Positions 29,241-41,284 of a stretch of 51,730 bases of DNA are shown here, piece after piece. Position numbers and translations under genes: made by a program. Under the pieces are notes generated by a model, which ran no database searches, was not told the origin of the DNA, and was given only the letters and a program-made list of their open reading frames with translations. The DNA is from Candidatus Alkanophaga liquidiphilum (GTDB lineage: Archaea > Halobacteriota > Syntropharchaeia > Alkanophagales > B39-G2), in NCBI GenBank assembly GCA_029259535.1, contig JAPHEF010000001.1, positions 87,399-139,128 of the forward strand, given 5' to 3'. Position 1 is the stretch's first letter; each line of letters starts with the position of its first letter.

Positions 29241-29289
29241 CCCTCTCACACAAATGCCCAAACTGCAAGAGGAAATACTCCGCACAGAG

Positions 29290-30015
29290 TTAATGTTCCG
29301 AAGCGTTGGGCTCGCTACTCAGGCACCAAATTGCTTTTCTCAGAACGCCTCTCAAGGCTCTAAGCTCCCGGCTTGTAACGGCTGCCCTGCCAAGTATTCT
29401 TTTCACTATTAAGAGCGTTCTCTCCTTTTTGTGCTCCGCATACTGAATACTGTCGAGGAAATGCAGGAAATGCTCGTAAAATTGCGCTCTTTCTTCAAAG
29501 CTCGCAGGCCTCCTCCGCATCACTCTTTCCATTTTCCTTTGACTTTTTGCAGCTAAGCTCAACTCGTAGAGTATTACCGCGGCGGCGTGCGAGACGTTCA
29601 TCACAGAATACCTTTTATCTGTAGGAATATGCACGACAACATCGCACAGCTTTAACTCCTCGTTGAGAAGCCCTATATCCTCTCTGCCAAATATTATGGA
29701 TACTTTGCCAACGCAGACATTTTTCAATTCCTTAGGCGTCAGGAAATTTCTTAGGTGCCTTCTTTCTGTTGTTGCGAGCTTTGCAGTAGTGCCAACGGCG
29801 ACGTCAGATCCGCTTAAAGCCTCTTCCAAGGTAGAAGCGATGTCGCAACGCTCAAGGACGTCGGCGGCGTGCGAGGCGACGACGAAGGCTTTTCTACCGA
29901 GCTTCCGCGGGCGCACAAGGTAAAGCTCCGAGAAGCCAAAGTTCTTCATGACCCTCGCAACAGCCCCTATGTTCTCTTCGCGCTTCGGCTCGACTAAAAT
30001 TACCCTGACACTCAT
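29290..30015 (-). CDS. trmJ: tRNA (cytidine/uridine-2'-O)-methyltransferase TrmJ family (SPOUT)
   Basis: VILVEPKREENIGAVARVMKNFG, IFGREDIGLLNEEL, MNVSHAAAVILYEL. Confidence 0.9.
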   Translation of the reverse strand: MSVRVILVEPKREENIGAVARVMKNFGFSELYLVRPRKLGRKAFVVASHAADVLERCDIASTLEEALSGSDVAVGTTAKLATTERRHLRNFLTPKELKNVCVGKVSIIFGREDIGLLNEELKLCDVVVHIPTDKRYSVMNVSHAAAVILYELSLAAKSQRKMERVMRRRPASFEERAQFYEHFLHFLDSIQYAEHKKERTLLIVKRILGRAAVTSRELRALRGVLRKAIWCLSSEPNASEH

Positions 30016-30208
30016 AATTATAGGTGGGGTGGGCTTTAGCTTTATTTTCGCTTGCAACTCCCCAGACAGCCTTGAACATGAATGTCGCTATTGGAAACAT
30101 TGGAAAGTCGAGATTCTAAAATGCTATTTTCTGAAAATGATAATACCCCAGTAAGAATTCAAGTTGATAGAGACAGATTTATATATAAAGGCAATAGTAG
30201 ATAAAAAC

Positions 30209-30499
30209 ATGGAAGCAAAACAAGAGGTAAAGAGGTATAAGTGCAAGTATTGTGGGGAGGAGTTCGACAAACCAGTGCGGCTTGCCCAGCACATAAGAGT
30301 GAAGCACAAGAGAGCGAAGAAACGGGAAAAAGAAAAAATAAAACGGGAAACTGCGTCAGAACGGATTAATAGAGTCATTGAAGCGGTAGGCATCCTCAAG
30401 GGATTGCAAGTATCCCCGAATCTCAGTGAAGGAGAGAAGAAAATTCTGGATGATGTTCTGAAGAGATTTGAAGATTTCATAGCAAGCATGCAAAAATAA
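30209..30499 (+). CDS. Small C2H2 zinc-finger protein
   Basis: YKCKYCGEEFDKPVRLAQHIRVKH; TATA box TTTATATA about 25 nt upstream. Confidence 0.8.
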   Translation: MEAKQEVKRYKCKYCGEEFDKPVRLAQHIRVKHKRAKKREKEKIKRETASERINRVIEAVGILKGLQVSPNLSEGEKKILDDVLKRFEDFIASMQK

Positions 30500-30691
30500 C
30501 AGGAATATCGAAACACGCTGTTTGCGAGCGCCATACGATTTCAAAGCCAAATTCATGAGGACGGACGGCGTAAAAAAGCAGATGGAGGTACCTATCGGTT
30601 GCCCTCCCCCACCACAATCCCAGCAGTAATTTCTATAATTTTTTCTCTCAATTTTCCCCTTTAATTATTTTGACATCTTGTTTTTTCACTT

Positions 30692-31134
30692 TTCCTCTAC
30701 ATCCTGAGAACGAAAGCGGCGATGAGGAAGGAGGTCTTAGGAATAGAGAGAAGCTCCATTGAAAGTATTCTCTAATCCTATACAAAGCGATTATTTTCAA
30801 AAATTAATTGCTTGAAATCTGCAAATTTACGAGATATCTGCGGAGATGGCATCTGGGATCGTAGCGGTGGTAACACAATTATTCCTAAAGGTGTGAAGAA
30901 GTTCGGGGAAAATACACGAAGAGGAAAGGAGGGCGTCGCCACGTCGGCGCTCCCCGAAAATATGGTTTCTATCTCTAAAAAACTGCACGAGAGCCCTGTA
31001 AACCTGAAAAAATTCCCACATGGCGAGTCTGGATTCTTTATATATGGGGACGAGAATCACTGATCCGAGATAGTAAGTTTTATATGGGGCCGCCTCATGA
31101 CTTTAAACAGAGCGCAGGCAAAAGAAACTTGCCT
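30692..31134 (+). repeat. 443-bp inverted repeat copy 2: orphan cas2 3' fragment plus leader of array 2
   Basis: Begins with cas2 codons FLYILRTKAAMRKEVLGIERSSIESIL*, then a leader identical to that of array 1. Confidence 0.93.
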
Positions 31135-34100
31135 GAGAAAATCAGACCAAGGTGGGATTGAAATTTTTCACCATGAATGCGTTCTTTACCGCCATAACTC
31201 AGAGAAAATCAGACCAAGGTGGGATTGAAATTTATTGAGAAAGCGCCCTGTTTCCCTCCAACTCCACGAGAAAATCAGACCAAGGTGGGATTGAAATTTT
31301 CTTCAAAGCATAAGTCGCCGCTTGTTACCGTGAGAGAAAATCAGACCAAGGTGGGATTGAAATACGACGGCGCCGTTTTGAGAGTGCTTAATCAGTTAGT
31401 GAGAAAATCAGACCAAGGTGGGATTGAAATCATCATATACAATTTTCATTTTTGCCACCACCTCTCGGAGAGAAAATCAGACCAAGGTGGGATTGAAATT
31501 AACATGAAACGGATTGGGACGTTTGGCGCAGTAGGAGAAAATCAGACCAAGGTGGGATTGAAATTATCCTTATCCATCCACACCACCATACCCTTTCATT
31601 GAGAAAATCAGACCAAGGTGGGATTGAAATCTCTGCTGCATTGATGCGTCCTCCCAATGTGGATGCTGAGCGAGAAAATCAGACCAAGGTGGGATTGAAA
31701 TGCGCTCCCAGAAAGTGGGCTTTAAATAGGATGCCACGGAGAAAATCAGACCAAGGTGGGATTGAAATTTCTTATCCTCGTCAAAGAGCACCTCTCTCCC
31801 TCTGAGAAAATCAGACCAAGGTGGGATTGAAATCTATCTGCTTCTCGTCTATCGGTTCGCCGTCATCGTGAGAGAAAATCAGACCAAGGTGGGATTGAAA
31901 TACGCTTGCACAAACCACCACCTCCTTCTGACCTCTCGGAGAAAATCAGACCAAGGTGGGATTGAAATATGGCTCGTCTATACCCTTTACTATCGACGCC
32001 CCTAGAGAAAATCAGACCAAGGTGGGATTGAAATGATTAGCATCGATTTTCTGAGCCACTGTTGATGCCGAGAAAATCAGACCAAGGTGGGATTGAAATC
32101 GTTTTGGGATGGTCTTTGTGAGGCAGCATAACACATGAGAAAATCAGACCAAGGTGGGATTGAAATACGTGATGATAAAGCGGTATTCCATCTCTGGTGT
32201 AAGAGAAAATCAGACCAAGGTGGGATTGAAATAACCATTCGGATTCCTCCAAGTGGGCAAGTGGCACGGGAGAAAATCAGACCAAGGTGGGATTGAAATA
32301 GTGGCAGCGTATCCCGTGAGATTCCAGGTCAGTTTTTGAGAAAATCAGACCAAGGTGGGATTGAAATCATACATTGCATTTATAGACGAGCCACCGACCA
32401 CGCGAGAAAATCAGACCAAGGTGGGATTGAAATCTCGTCGTATTCTGCGTGGCACCAAGGGCACCTTATTTGAGAAAATCAGACCAAGGTGGGATTGAAA
32501 TTACCCATCATGATGGTCTATGTAGAGAATCTCAGCGAGAGAAAATCAGACCAAGGTGGGATTGAAATTTCTCTCCCTGGGACAGGGACAGGTCCACTAT
32601 CCCGGAGAAAATCAGACCAAGGTGGGATTGAAATTCGTATCGTCGGCTACTTCGTTTCGACCAGTAATGCAGAGAAAATCAGACCAAGGTGGGATTGAAA
32701 TGACTGCCAGCAGTCCTTCATCTGCCTCGTTCAAGAAGAGAAAATCAGACCAAGGTGGGATTGAAATTCAAGGTGAGTTTCTGGATGTTGCCACCGCTTA
32801 CGTGAGAAAATCAGACCAAGGTGGGATTGAAATCTAGTAGCTCCGCCCAAAGATGCACGAATCGTGCAAGAGAAAATCAGACCAAGGTGGGATTGAAATC
32901 ACATCTTCCCATATCTTCGTTTTGAACACTTGTTCCTGAGAAAATCAGACCAAGGTGGGATTGAAATCATACACAGTGCGGTCAACTAGCAGAATTCTTT
33001 GAGAGAAAATCAGACCAAGGTGGGATTGAAATCGATAGTCGCCCTTCCGCCCATGCATTACGCCTTCGAGTGTTGGAGAAAATCAGACCAAGGTGGGATT
33101 GAAATCAAGACACGATGAAGAGTTTGTTTAAATTGCTGCGACGGAGAAAATCAGACCAAGGTGGGATTGAAATAAAAAATTGCACCAGGCTTAAAATTTC
33201 GATGCCTATGAGAAAATCAGACCAAGGTGGGATTGAAATTAATCTCGTTGTAAAGCTCATTCAAATAAGCTTCCGAGAAAATCAGACCAAGGTGGGATTG
33301 AAATTCATTTTTCATGCCTGGTGCAATTTTTCTTGGAGCACGAGAAAATCAGACCAAGGTGGGATTGAAATAAGTTACTATAACCGCTGATGCAAGCTGT
33401 GAAGGGGAGAAAATCAGACCAAGGTGGGATTGAAATTCTTGTTTATTTATTCCTCCTCATAAGCGCAAAGCGCGAGAAAATCAGACCAAGGTGGGATTGA
33501 AATAGAATCTCTGATGCGGCTATTAGCTCTTCTTTGTAGAGAGAAAATCAGACCAAGGTGGGATTGAAATCTTTGCAGCTCCACTTGCACATTCCATTTG
33601 CATCTCTGAGAAAATCAGACCAAGGTGGGATTGAAATATCGGGCAGTGGGCTCATGCCTCACATTGACGTGCTCGAGAAAATCAGACCAAGGTGGGATTG
33701 AAATCGTAGAGGCTCAAATTCATACCTCTCGTGTAACGAAGAGAAAATCAGACCAAGGTGGGATTGAAATTCGCTCGCTCTCAAGAGGATGGTTATTATA
33801 GTTTTGAGAAAATCAGACCAAGGTGGGATTGAAATGACGCCACGTATGAACCCATGGGGGAAATTCATGAGAGAGAAAATCAGACCAAGGTGGGATTGAA
33901 ATATCACGGGGATTTGTGAGACGGCACTTAGAAACTTCTGCCATGAGAAAATCAGACCAAGGTGGGATTGAAATCTCGATGCAATAAAGAGGATTGAGTT
34001 TAAAGAGAGAAAATCAGACCAAGGTGGGATTGAAATACCCTCACCACTTCAAGCTAAGACCATCGAAGACAATAACATCAGTTTTCTCGTTGGGTGGGAT

Positions 34101-34508
34101 TGAAATACCCTCACCACTTCAAGCTCGGCGTTCTTCCCTGCGTCGGAGAAAATCAGACCAAGGTGGGATTGAAATCTTCGGTCTGCCTATCTGCTTGCCT
34201 TCGAGGAGCGCGAGAAAATCAGACCAAGGTGGGATTGAAATAGGGAGCCGAGAGCGCCCAGAGCAATGCTTATTGTTGGAGAAAATCAGACCAAGGTGGG
34301 ATTGAAATTATATCTGTGAATCAATAAGCCTAAGACCTGGCCCAGAGAAAATCAGACCAAGGTGGGATTGAAATGATTTAGCCGCCCTCTCTGCTATCAA
34401 CAAGTCTTTCGAGAGAAAATCAGACCAAGGTGGGATTGAAATGATGGTGGAACGGGAGATAGATGCGGGTAATTGGAGGAGAAAATCAGACCAAGGTGGG
34501 ATTGAAAG
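31135..34508 (+). CRISPR. CRISPR array 2: 50 full repeats plus one partial repeat, same repeat as array 1
   Basis: GAGAAAATCAGACCAAGGTGGGATTGAAAT; terminal copy ends in ...GAAAG; anomaly at 34023-34125. Confidence 0.99.
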
Positions 34509-34649
34509 TAAAAAATTCTGCCAAAAGCACTATTACGGCTTTATTCGCATTGCCACTCACCGGCGGGGCGGCTACATAAACTTTAAGCCGCCCTGCTTCT
34601 TTTAAAACTTTGTTTTCTTTCGCATTCGGGACTACTCTCACCACCAGCC

Positions 34650-36143
34650 TCATTTCCCGCGGAATTGTCTTTGCTTCTGCTCAATAAATTGTTTATACGC
34701 CCAAAGCGCCCAGAGCGCCCGTGCGGCTCTGTCGGGAGAGTCGTAAACGGGGACGCCGCTGTTCTGGAAAGCTTTTACGGAGTTGCCGCCACGCTCGCCA
34801 CAAATCATGCAGCCGATGATCGGCTTCTTGTAGCGCTCACGCAGTCCGAGGAGCGCCTTTCCTATGTGGGATTCGAAACCGATGGTGATGGCTTTCAGCT
34901 TCTCACCCACACTCTTCAGCTCAGGCGGCAGATTCTCGCCGACGTCCACGCCTTCGAGGACGCCCACGCCGATGACGAGCAGCATGTCTATGTAATCCTC
35001 TCTCAGAAGTAATTCAGCGCACTTCGGCGGCACCCGCAGGTCGGCGAAGCCGTCGGTCATGTCCACGGGGTTGCGGTGCGACCAATACGGCGGGAGCATT
35101 TCGTTGAGCGTCTCGACGAGCTCCTTACTTATCTGCGGGACGTTCAAGCCGAGCCGCTCAAGCTCGTCGGCAGCCATGACGCCGCCTCCGCCTCCAAAGG
35201 TCAAAATCCCAACGTTCCCGCCTTTGGGCAGTGGCTGCGTCACGAGCGCAGCGGTGGCATCCACCAAGTCGTTGATGTTGCGCACCTGCAGCACACCCGC
35301 TTGTTTCAACGCCGCTTCATAAACACGCTCGTCGCCGGCGAGGGCGCCGACGTGGCTTGACGCTGCCTGCTTCCCAGCTTCTGACGTGCCTGCCTTGTAA
35401 AAGATAATTGGTTTCCTCTGAGAAATTTCGGCGGCGACCTCTACGAACTTCCTGCCGTCCTTTAACCCCTCAAAATAGCACGCAATCACTTTTGTGGAGG
35501 GGTCTTCGCCGTAGTATTCGAGGATTTCGTGTGGCTGGACGTCGGCGGTGTCGCCTAGATTTATGCATTTTGAAAAGCCGACGATTGGCGCATATTTCTT
35601 TGAGAGGTTAAGCATAGTGACGCCGGGCGTGCCTCCTTGTGTCACGACGCCGACGCTTCCCGGCGTTGGTCTCACAGGGGAGAGCATCGCCGCAAGCTTG
35701 GCTTCCGCCGAGAATAACCCGTTGCAGTTCGGACCGACGATTCTGAGCCCCAAACGCCTCGCAACCCTCACGAGCTCCTTCTGCTTCTTCTTGCCCACTT
35801 CGCCGGTCTCGCCGAAGCCCGAGGTTATGCAGATTACCGCCCGCACGCCGCATTCGCCGCATTCCTTCACAGTTTCAATCAAAACGTGCGACGGCACCGT
35901 TAGAACCGCCAAGTCCACTCTTTTCGGTATTAAGCTCACCTGGGGGTAATTCTCGACGCCGAAGATACGTTCGCCAGCAGCAACGCTCTTATTGCAGACG
36001 AAGACGTCGCCCTCGTAGCCGCCCGATTTTATGTTGATGAGGACGTTCGTGCTGATGGCGCCGACGCTCCTCGAAAAGCCGACGAGCGCCACGCCCTTCG
36101 GCTTGAAAAAGGCGTCAAGCTCCCCTTTTAAGCTACTTTTCAT
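34650..36143 (-). CDS. ADP-forming acyl-CoA synthetase alpha subunit (CoA-binding, NDP-forming superfamily)
   Basis: ITSGFGE, RIVGPNCNG, KAGTSEAGKQAASSHVGALAG (phospho-His), NPVDM. Confidence 0.9.
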   Translation of the reverse strand: MKSSLKGELDAFFKPKGVALVGFSRSVGAISTNVLINIKSGGYEGDVFVCNKSVAAGERIFGVENYPQVSLIPKRVDLAVLTVPSHVLIETVKECGECGVRAVICITSGFGETGEVGKKKQKELVRVARRLGLRIVGPNCNGLFSAEAKLAAMLSPVRPTPGSVGVVTQGGTPGVTMLNLSKKYAPIVGFSKCINLGDTADVQPHEILEYYGEDPSTKVIACYFEGLKDGRKFVEVAAEISQRKPIIFYKAGTSEAGKQAASSHVGALAGDERVYEAALKQAGVLQVRNINDLVDATAALVTQPLPKGGNVGILTFGGGGGVMAADELERLGLNVPQISKELVETLNEMLPPYWSHRNPVDMTDGFADLRVPPKCAELLLREDYIDMLLVIGVGVLEGVDVGENLPPELKSVGEKLKAITIGFESHIGKALLGLRERYKKPIIGCMICGERGGNSVKAFQNSGVPVYDSPDRAARALWALWAYKQFIEQKQRQFRGK

Positions 36144-36149
36144 CTTAAA

Positions 36150-36698
36150 CTACCTTTCAAAAGTCGAAAATATAAACTCCACGATTTTTTTTGCGCTCTC
36201 GGCGACGCCCAGCTTATCGCTCTCGACCACGACTTCCGGATTGAGCGGCTCCTCGTAGGGGACGCTGACCCCCGGCACTCTGGCACCCTGCCGGGCTTTT
36301 TCGTAAATGCGGGGCGGCGAGTGCTCCGCACGCCTTTTCCGCTCCCGCTGCATGCAGACCTCCAGCGGACACTTCACATGGACCTCTGCAAATCTGCTTA
36401 TCAGCGCCCGGGCACGCTCTCTATATTTGCGGCGGTGCGCCGTCGCATCTATTATAACGGGCACACCACACTCACAGAGCAGCTTTGCCATGTATGCGAG
36501 CGCCGCATAGACAATATCACGTTCCTCGTCCGTGTAGGTAGGATTTGGCGTTACAACCTTCCTAATCTCGTCAAGCTCAAGAATCTTAACGTTTATTCCC
36601 TTCTCGGCAAGAAGTTCTTTAACCTCTCTGGAAATAGCGGTCTTGCCGCAGCCCGGAAGCCCAGTGACCCAGAGCGCCCAGCCCTCCTCCCTCTGCAT
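36150..36698 (-). CDS. cysC: Adenylyl-sulfate kinase family protein
   Basis: WVTGLPGCGKT, ELDEIRK, EVHVKCPLEVC, PGVSVPYEEP. Confidence 0.8.
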   Translation of the reverse strand: MQREEGWALWVTGLPGCGKTAISREVKELLAEKGINVKILELDEIRKVVTPNPTYTDEERDIVYAALAYMAKLLCECGVPVIIDATAHRRKYRERARALISRFAEVHVKCPLEVCMQRERKRRAEHSPPRIYEKARQGARVPGVSVPYEEPLNPEVVVESDKLGVAESAKKIVEFIFSTFER

Positions 36699-36782
36699 TT
36701 TCTTAATTTTCTGCTGTTTATCTTCTGTTTACCCCATCTCAATGCCGAACGTGATTCTGACAAAAAAATGGAAAATAAAAAA

Positions 36783-38420
36783 TTAGAACTCAGATTCAGA
36801 TTCTTCACCGAGCTCAGGTCCCTTGCCACCGCCTTTCTCCTTTTCGAGCTTCGCAGCGGCGATGACGTCGTCGATTCTGAGAATCATGACTGCTGCTTCC
36901 GTCGCCGAGCTGAGCGCCTGCGTCTTCACTCGCAGTGGCTCGAGGACGCCTGCCTCCTTCATGTCCACGACTTTGCCCTCGAAGACATCGAGCCCAGCGT
37001 ATTTCTCGCCACGCTCGTGCGCCGCCCTGAGCGCGACGACCATGTCTATCGGGTCGAGCCCGGCGTTCTCAGCCAGCGACCGCGGGATAATCTCGACGGC
37101 TCGTGCGAACGCCTCGATAGCGAGCTGCTCACGTCCGCCGACGGTCGCCGCATACTCACGGAGACGCAGCGCCACCTCGGTCTCGGGTGCCCCACCGCCA
37201 GCTACGTATTTGCGGTCTTCGAGAGCGGCGGCGGCGACCCTGATGGCGTCGTTCAGTCCTCGCTCAAGCTCGTCGACGACGTGCTCGGTGCCGCCTCGCA
37301 GGAGTATCGAAACTGCTCTCGGGTCCTTGCAGCCCTCGATGAAAATCATCTCCTCGCCTGCAACCTTACGCTCCTCGACAAGTTCTGCCTCGCCAAGGTC
37401 TGCGGCGCTCAGCTCCTCAATACTCGTTACGATCCTACCGCCAGTGGCACGGGCGAGCTTCTTCATGTCGCTCTCCTTCACCCTGCGAACCGCCAGAATC
37501 CCAGCTTTCGCCAAGTAGTGCTGCGCAAGGTCGTCAATCCCCTTCTGGCAGAACACAACATTGGCGCCCGCCTCCGCAATCTTGTCCACCATGTTCTTCA
37601 GCATCCGCTCCTCCTCGTCGAGGAACGCCTTCATCTGCTCAGGCGACGTAATTTCAATCTTCGCATCAATTTCCGTCTTCTCTATTTCAAGCGCTGAGTT
37701 TATGAGCGCAATCTTCGCATTCTCGATCCGCTTCGGCATCCCGGGGTGCACGCGCTCCTTGTCTATAATCATGCCCTTGACGAGCTGTGACTCGTCAGAG
37801 GCTGCGCCCATCTTCTTCACTATTTTTATGTGGTCGGTGTCTATTTTCTTCTCGCCCTCCTCGACTATCGTTTTCACTGCTTTTACAGCAAGCTCTGTGA
37901 GGACGTCCTTTGCGACCTCCGCCCCCTTCCCGGTCATTGCCGTCATCGCTATCTTCTTCAACGTCTCCTCGTCGTCCGGGGAGAGGTTAATCGAAATGTC
38001 GTCTAAGACCTGTGTCGCCTTTTCCAGCGCAAGCCTGTAACCGGCAGCAATCACCGTCGGGTGGACTTCCTGCTCCAGCAGCTCCTCAGCCTCCTTGAGA
38101 AGCTCACCCGCAATGACAACGGCGGTCGTCGTCCCATCGCCAACTTCATCGTCCTGCGTCTTCGCAATCTCGACCATCATCTTCGCCGCCGGATGCTCGA
38201 TGTCCATCTCTTTGAGGATCGTAGCGCCGTCGTTCGTGATGACGACGTCGCCCATCGAGTCAACAAGCATCTTGTCCATGCCCTTCGGGCCGAGCGTCGT
38301 GCGGACCGCCGCTGCGATGGTCTTCGCCGCCAGTATATTACGGGACTGCGCCTCTCTACCTCTCGTCCGCTCGCTACCTTCTTTAAGTATGAGTATAGGA
38401 GTGCCACCGAGCTGTGCCAT
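36783..38420 (-). CDS. ths: Thermosome (group II chaperonin) subunit
   Basis: [38 protein letters not shown]. Confidence 0.98.
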   Translation of the reverse strand: MAQLGGTPILILKEGSERTRGREAQSRNILAAKTIAAAVRTTLGPKGMDKMLVDSMGDVVITNDGATILKEMDIEHPAAKMMVEIAKTQDDEVGDGTTTAVVIAGELLKEAEELLEQEVHPTVIAAGYRLALEKATQVLDDISINLSPDDEETLKKIAMTAMTGKGAEVAKDVLTELAVKAVKTIVEEGEKKIDTDHIKIVKKMGAASDESQLVKGMIIDKERVHPGMPKRIENAKIALINSALEIEKTEIDAKIEITSPEQMKAFLDEEERMLKNMVDKIAEAGANVVFCQKGIDDLAQHYLAKAGILAVRRVKESDMKKLARATGGRIVTSIEELSAADLGEAELVEERKVAGEEMIFIEGCKDPRAVSILLRGGTEHVVDELERGLNDAIRVAAAALEDRKYVAGGGAPETEVALRLREYAATVGGREQLAIEAFARAVEIIPRSLAENAGLDPIDMVVALRAAHERGEKYAGLDVFEGKVVDMKEAGVLEPLRVKTQALSSATEAAVMILRIDDVIAAAKLEKEKGGGKGPELGEESESEF

Positions 38421-38453
38421 CTCGCATCACCACTCCTGGTTAAATTTGCAGTT

Positions 38454-39689
38454 CTATATAAACTTTTCTGTCAGGAGAGAGACCTCCACCGCCTCGCCAC
38501 CCTCGACGATTTCCGTCTGTGCATCCACGAGCACGTAGCCGTCAGCGTTCGCAAGCGTCGTTATTGCGCCGGAACCCTTGAGGATTGGCGTCGCGACGAG
38601 ATCCCCATTTTCCTCAACGAGCTTCACGAGCACGTATTCGTGCCTGCCTTTCTCCGAAAATATGCGTGCTGATAACCTCGCTATTACCCTTGCGGGCTTT
38701 CGTGGCGGCAGTCCGCTTGCCCTTCTTAAAAGAGGGGCGACGAAGAGGCTAAAAGTAATTATTGCCGACGTCGGATGCCCAGGCAGCCCGAACACCGGCT
38801 TGTTCTCAACGACGGCGAAAATGAACGGCTTCCCGGGCTTTATGTTCACGCCATAAACGAGAATCTCGCCGAGTTCATCCAGCACCTCGTATAAAATGTC
38901 AGAGGCGCCCGCAGACGTCCCGCCGGAGATAATAACGGCGTCGTGACTCCCGACGGCGTGCCTTAGTGTTTTGAGAAGGGCGTTCGGTTCGTCCCCAAGT
39001 ATACCCAAGAATAAGGGGACACCGCCGCTCTCTGAGACCGCTGCGCTGAGCGTTTGCGAATTTACGTCGTAAATCTTCCCAGGTTTCAGCGGCTCTCCCG
39101 GCTCTAAAAGCTCGTTTCCCGTCGATATTACCGCAACTCTCGGCTTTTTAAATACCTGTATCTTGGAAATGCCGCACGCCGCAAGCACTCCCAAATCCCT
39201 CGGGCGGAGGAGCGTGCCACGCTTCAAAACAAGCTCGCCACGTTTTATATCAGAGCCGGCAGCCATCACGTTCTCGCCGGGCGCCACCGCCTTGTATATC
39301 TTGACCTCGTCGTTCTCAAGCTCTGTGAATTCCACCATGACGACAGCATCGGCGCCGCTAGGCATCGGCGCTCCCGTGGCGATTTCGACGCACTCGCCGC
39401 TCCGCACCTCAAGCTTCGGAAGTTCGCCGGCGTGCACGGCACCCACGACCTTAAGGGTTACAGGACGCTCCTCATCTGCGTAGAACGTATCTGAGGCACG
39501 CACCGCATACCCATCCATTGCAGCCCGGTCGAACGGCGGCACGTCCCGGTTTGCACGCACGTCCGCCGCCAGCACCCTGCCGAGCGCCTCGCCGAGCGAC
39601 ACTTCCTTAATTGCCCGCATCCTCTCGGCAAACGGCCAAATTAGAGTTTCGACCTCCTCGCGATCCTTTACTTCCAAAAATCTTTTCAT
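38454..39689 (-). CDS. moeA: Molybdopterin molybdotransferase MoeA
   Basis: [48 protein letters not shown]. Confidence 0.95.
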   Translation of the reverse strand: MKRFLEVKDREEVETLIWPFAERMRAIKEVSLGEALGRVLAADVRANRDVPPFDRAAMDGYAVRASDTFYADEERPVTLKVVGAVHAGELPKLEVRSGECVEIATGAPMPSGADAVVMVEFTELENDEVKIYKAVAPGENVMAAGSDIKRGELVLKRGTLLRPRDLGVLAACGISKIQVFKKPRVAVISTGNELLEPGEPLKPGKIYDVNSQTLSAAVSESGGVPLFLGILGDEPNALLKTLRHAVGSHDAVIISGGTSAGASDILYEVLDELGEILVYGVNIKPGKPFIFAVVENKPVFGLPGHPTSAIITFSLFVAPLLRRASGLPPRKPARVIARLSARIFSEKGRHEYVLVKLVEENGDLVATPILKGSGAITTLANADGYVLVDAQTEIVEGGEAVEVSLLTEKFI

Positions 39690-39748
39690 GGCTTGAGACG
39701 ACCGAGTTGCGAACGGTGTTCGGTTAGGTGCTACGGTCCCACGCCCCG

Positions 39749-40486
39749 CTACTTCCGCAGAATATCAAGGAACTCTGCAGGGAACGGTATGATGACAGTC
39801 GAGGCTTTTTCTTCAGTCGCCTCTTTTAAGGTCTGCAGCATCCTGATGAACATTGCCCCCTTTGCCTCACTGAGCACTTTCGCAGCTTCTGCCAGTTTTT
39901 TTGACGCCTGAAGTTCTCCTTCCGCTGCTATGACTCTCGAACGCCGCTCACGCTCGGTTTCAGCTTGCGTCGCCATCGCTCTTCGCATTTCTGCGGGCAG
40001 CTCTACGTCCTTGATTTCCACTGCCGAGACTTTTATGCCCCAGGGGTCTGTCGCTTCGTCTATTATCCTCTGGAGCTGCATGTTCAGCTTGTCCCGCTCC
40101 GAGAGGAGCTCGTCGAGCTCTGACTGTCCGACGACGCTCCGCAGTGTCGTCAAAGCCATCTGAGCGGTGGCGTAGTCGTAATTTTCGACCTGCGTAATCG
40201 CTTTCTCGGGGTCAATAACTCGGTAGTAAACGACGGCGTTGACTTTCGTCGTGACATTGTCTTTTGTAATGACCTCCTGCGGCGGGATGTCGAAAACCTT
40301 TATCCGCAAGTCTATCTTCACCATGCTCTCAAACAGCGGAATTACCAGAAAGAGCCCAGGACCACGTGCACCGACAAGTCGACCGAGGCGGAAAATCACG
40401 CCACGCTCATACTCCCGCACGATCTTTATCGAGGCGGCGAGCAGTATCACGACAACGAGTAAGATGCCAACAAGCCAGCCTAGCAT
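39749..40486 (-). CDS. SPFH/stomatin-family (slipin) membrane protein
   Basis: [43 protein letters not shown]. Confidence 0.93.
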   Translation of the reverse strand: MLGWLVGILLVVVILLAASIKIVREYERGVIFRLGRLVGARGPGLFLVIPLFESMVKIDLRIKVFDIPPQEVITKDNVTTKVNAVVYYRVIDPEKAITQVENYDYATAQMALTTLRSVVGQSELDELLSERDKLNMQLQRIIDEATDPWGIKVSAVEIKDVELPAEMRRAMATQAETERERRSRVIAAEGELQASKKLAEAAKVLSEAKGAMFIRMLQTLKEATEEKASTVIIPFPAEFLDILRK

Positions 40487-40647
40487 TTTATCACCCTCCT
40501 TTATTTTTGTCTTGGTCCTATATAATACTGCTGAGGGAAATAATACTGCTGAGGGAATTTCTAACGCCTGATGATGCGTTTCCCTTTCTCGTAGTCCCTG
40601 CGGTTCTGGCGGGGACCCTCACCGTTTGCTACATAGAAGGCATCAGT

Positions 40648-41163
40648 CTAACCAAAGCCCCCCCTTTTCTTTAAGTAAGGAATCAAGCCGCCCTCTGCGA
40701 ATATTTCCATGAGGAAAGGCGGGAGCTTTTTGAATGCGAACTCCTCACCGCTCGTCAGGTTCTTAATCTCACCCCCCTCCATGTCTATTTCGAGCTCGTC
40801 GCCCTTTTTCACGTGCCCGGCGATGTCGCACTCCACGAGCGGCAGCCCTATGTTTATGGCGTTCCTGAAGAAGATGCGTGCAAAGGAAGTGGCAACTATG
40901 CAGCGCACGCCGCATGCCTTTAAAACGTGCGGCGCCTGCTCCCGTGAAGAGCCGCAGCCGAAATTGCGGGCAGCCACGAGTATCGGGCTCTTGAACTTTT
41001 TAATCTCGGCATAGAAACCCGGATATACGGACTCGAACGTGTGCACCGCCAGCTTATCTAAATCAAGCTCATCGTATTTGTATTTCCCTGATATTATCTC
41101 GTCAGTGTTCGTGTTCTCTGGGAATATATGAAAGACCCTCCCTTTTATCCTCGCGCTCTGCAT
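40648..41163 (-). CDS. 3-isopropylmalate dehydratase / homoaconitase small subunit
   Basis: NTDEII, NFGCGSSREQAP, SFARIFFRNAINIGLP, GGLIPYL. Confidence 0.92.
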   Translation of the reverse strand: MQSARIKGRVFHIFPENTNTDEIISGKYKYDELDLDKLAVHTFESVYPGFYAEIKKFKSPILVAARNFGCGSSREQAPHVLKACGVRCIVATSFARIFFRNAINIGLPLVECDIAGHVKKGDELEIDMEGGEIKNLTSGEEFAFKKLPPFLMEIFAEGGLIPYLKKRGGFG

Positions 41164-41284
41164 GTTTTCTCCGCTCCCATCTGAAATTCAATAAACATAA
41201 GCTTCTCACACCAATCAATATTTATATTTTGACGATTTGACACTATTAATGAGGGCAGAAGAGGCATAGGAGGACAGGTAAGAA

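Noticed and set aside
36321-37697. Long plus-strand ORF (458 aa) and similar shadows such as 7578-8699
   Set aside because: Antisense to well-supported genes (thermosome, S-layer-domain protein); a codon-bias artefact
40523-40557. Tandem TAATACTGCTGAGGGAA x2 upstream of the stomatin gene
   Set aside because: 18-bp period with no insert; fits slippage or an operator, not the spacer-integration geometry
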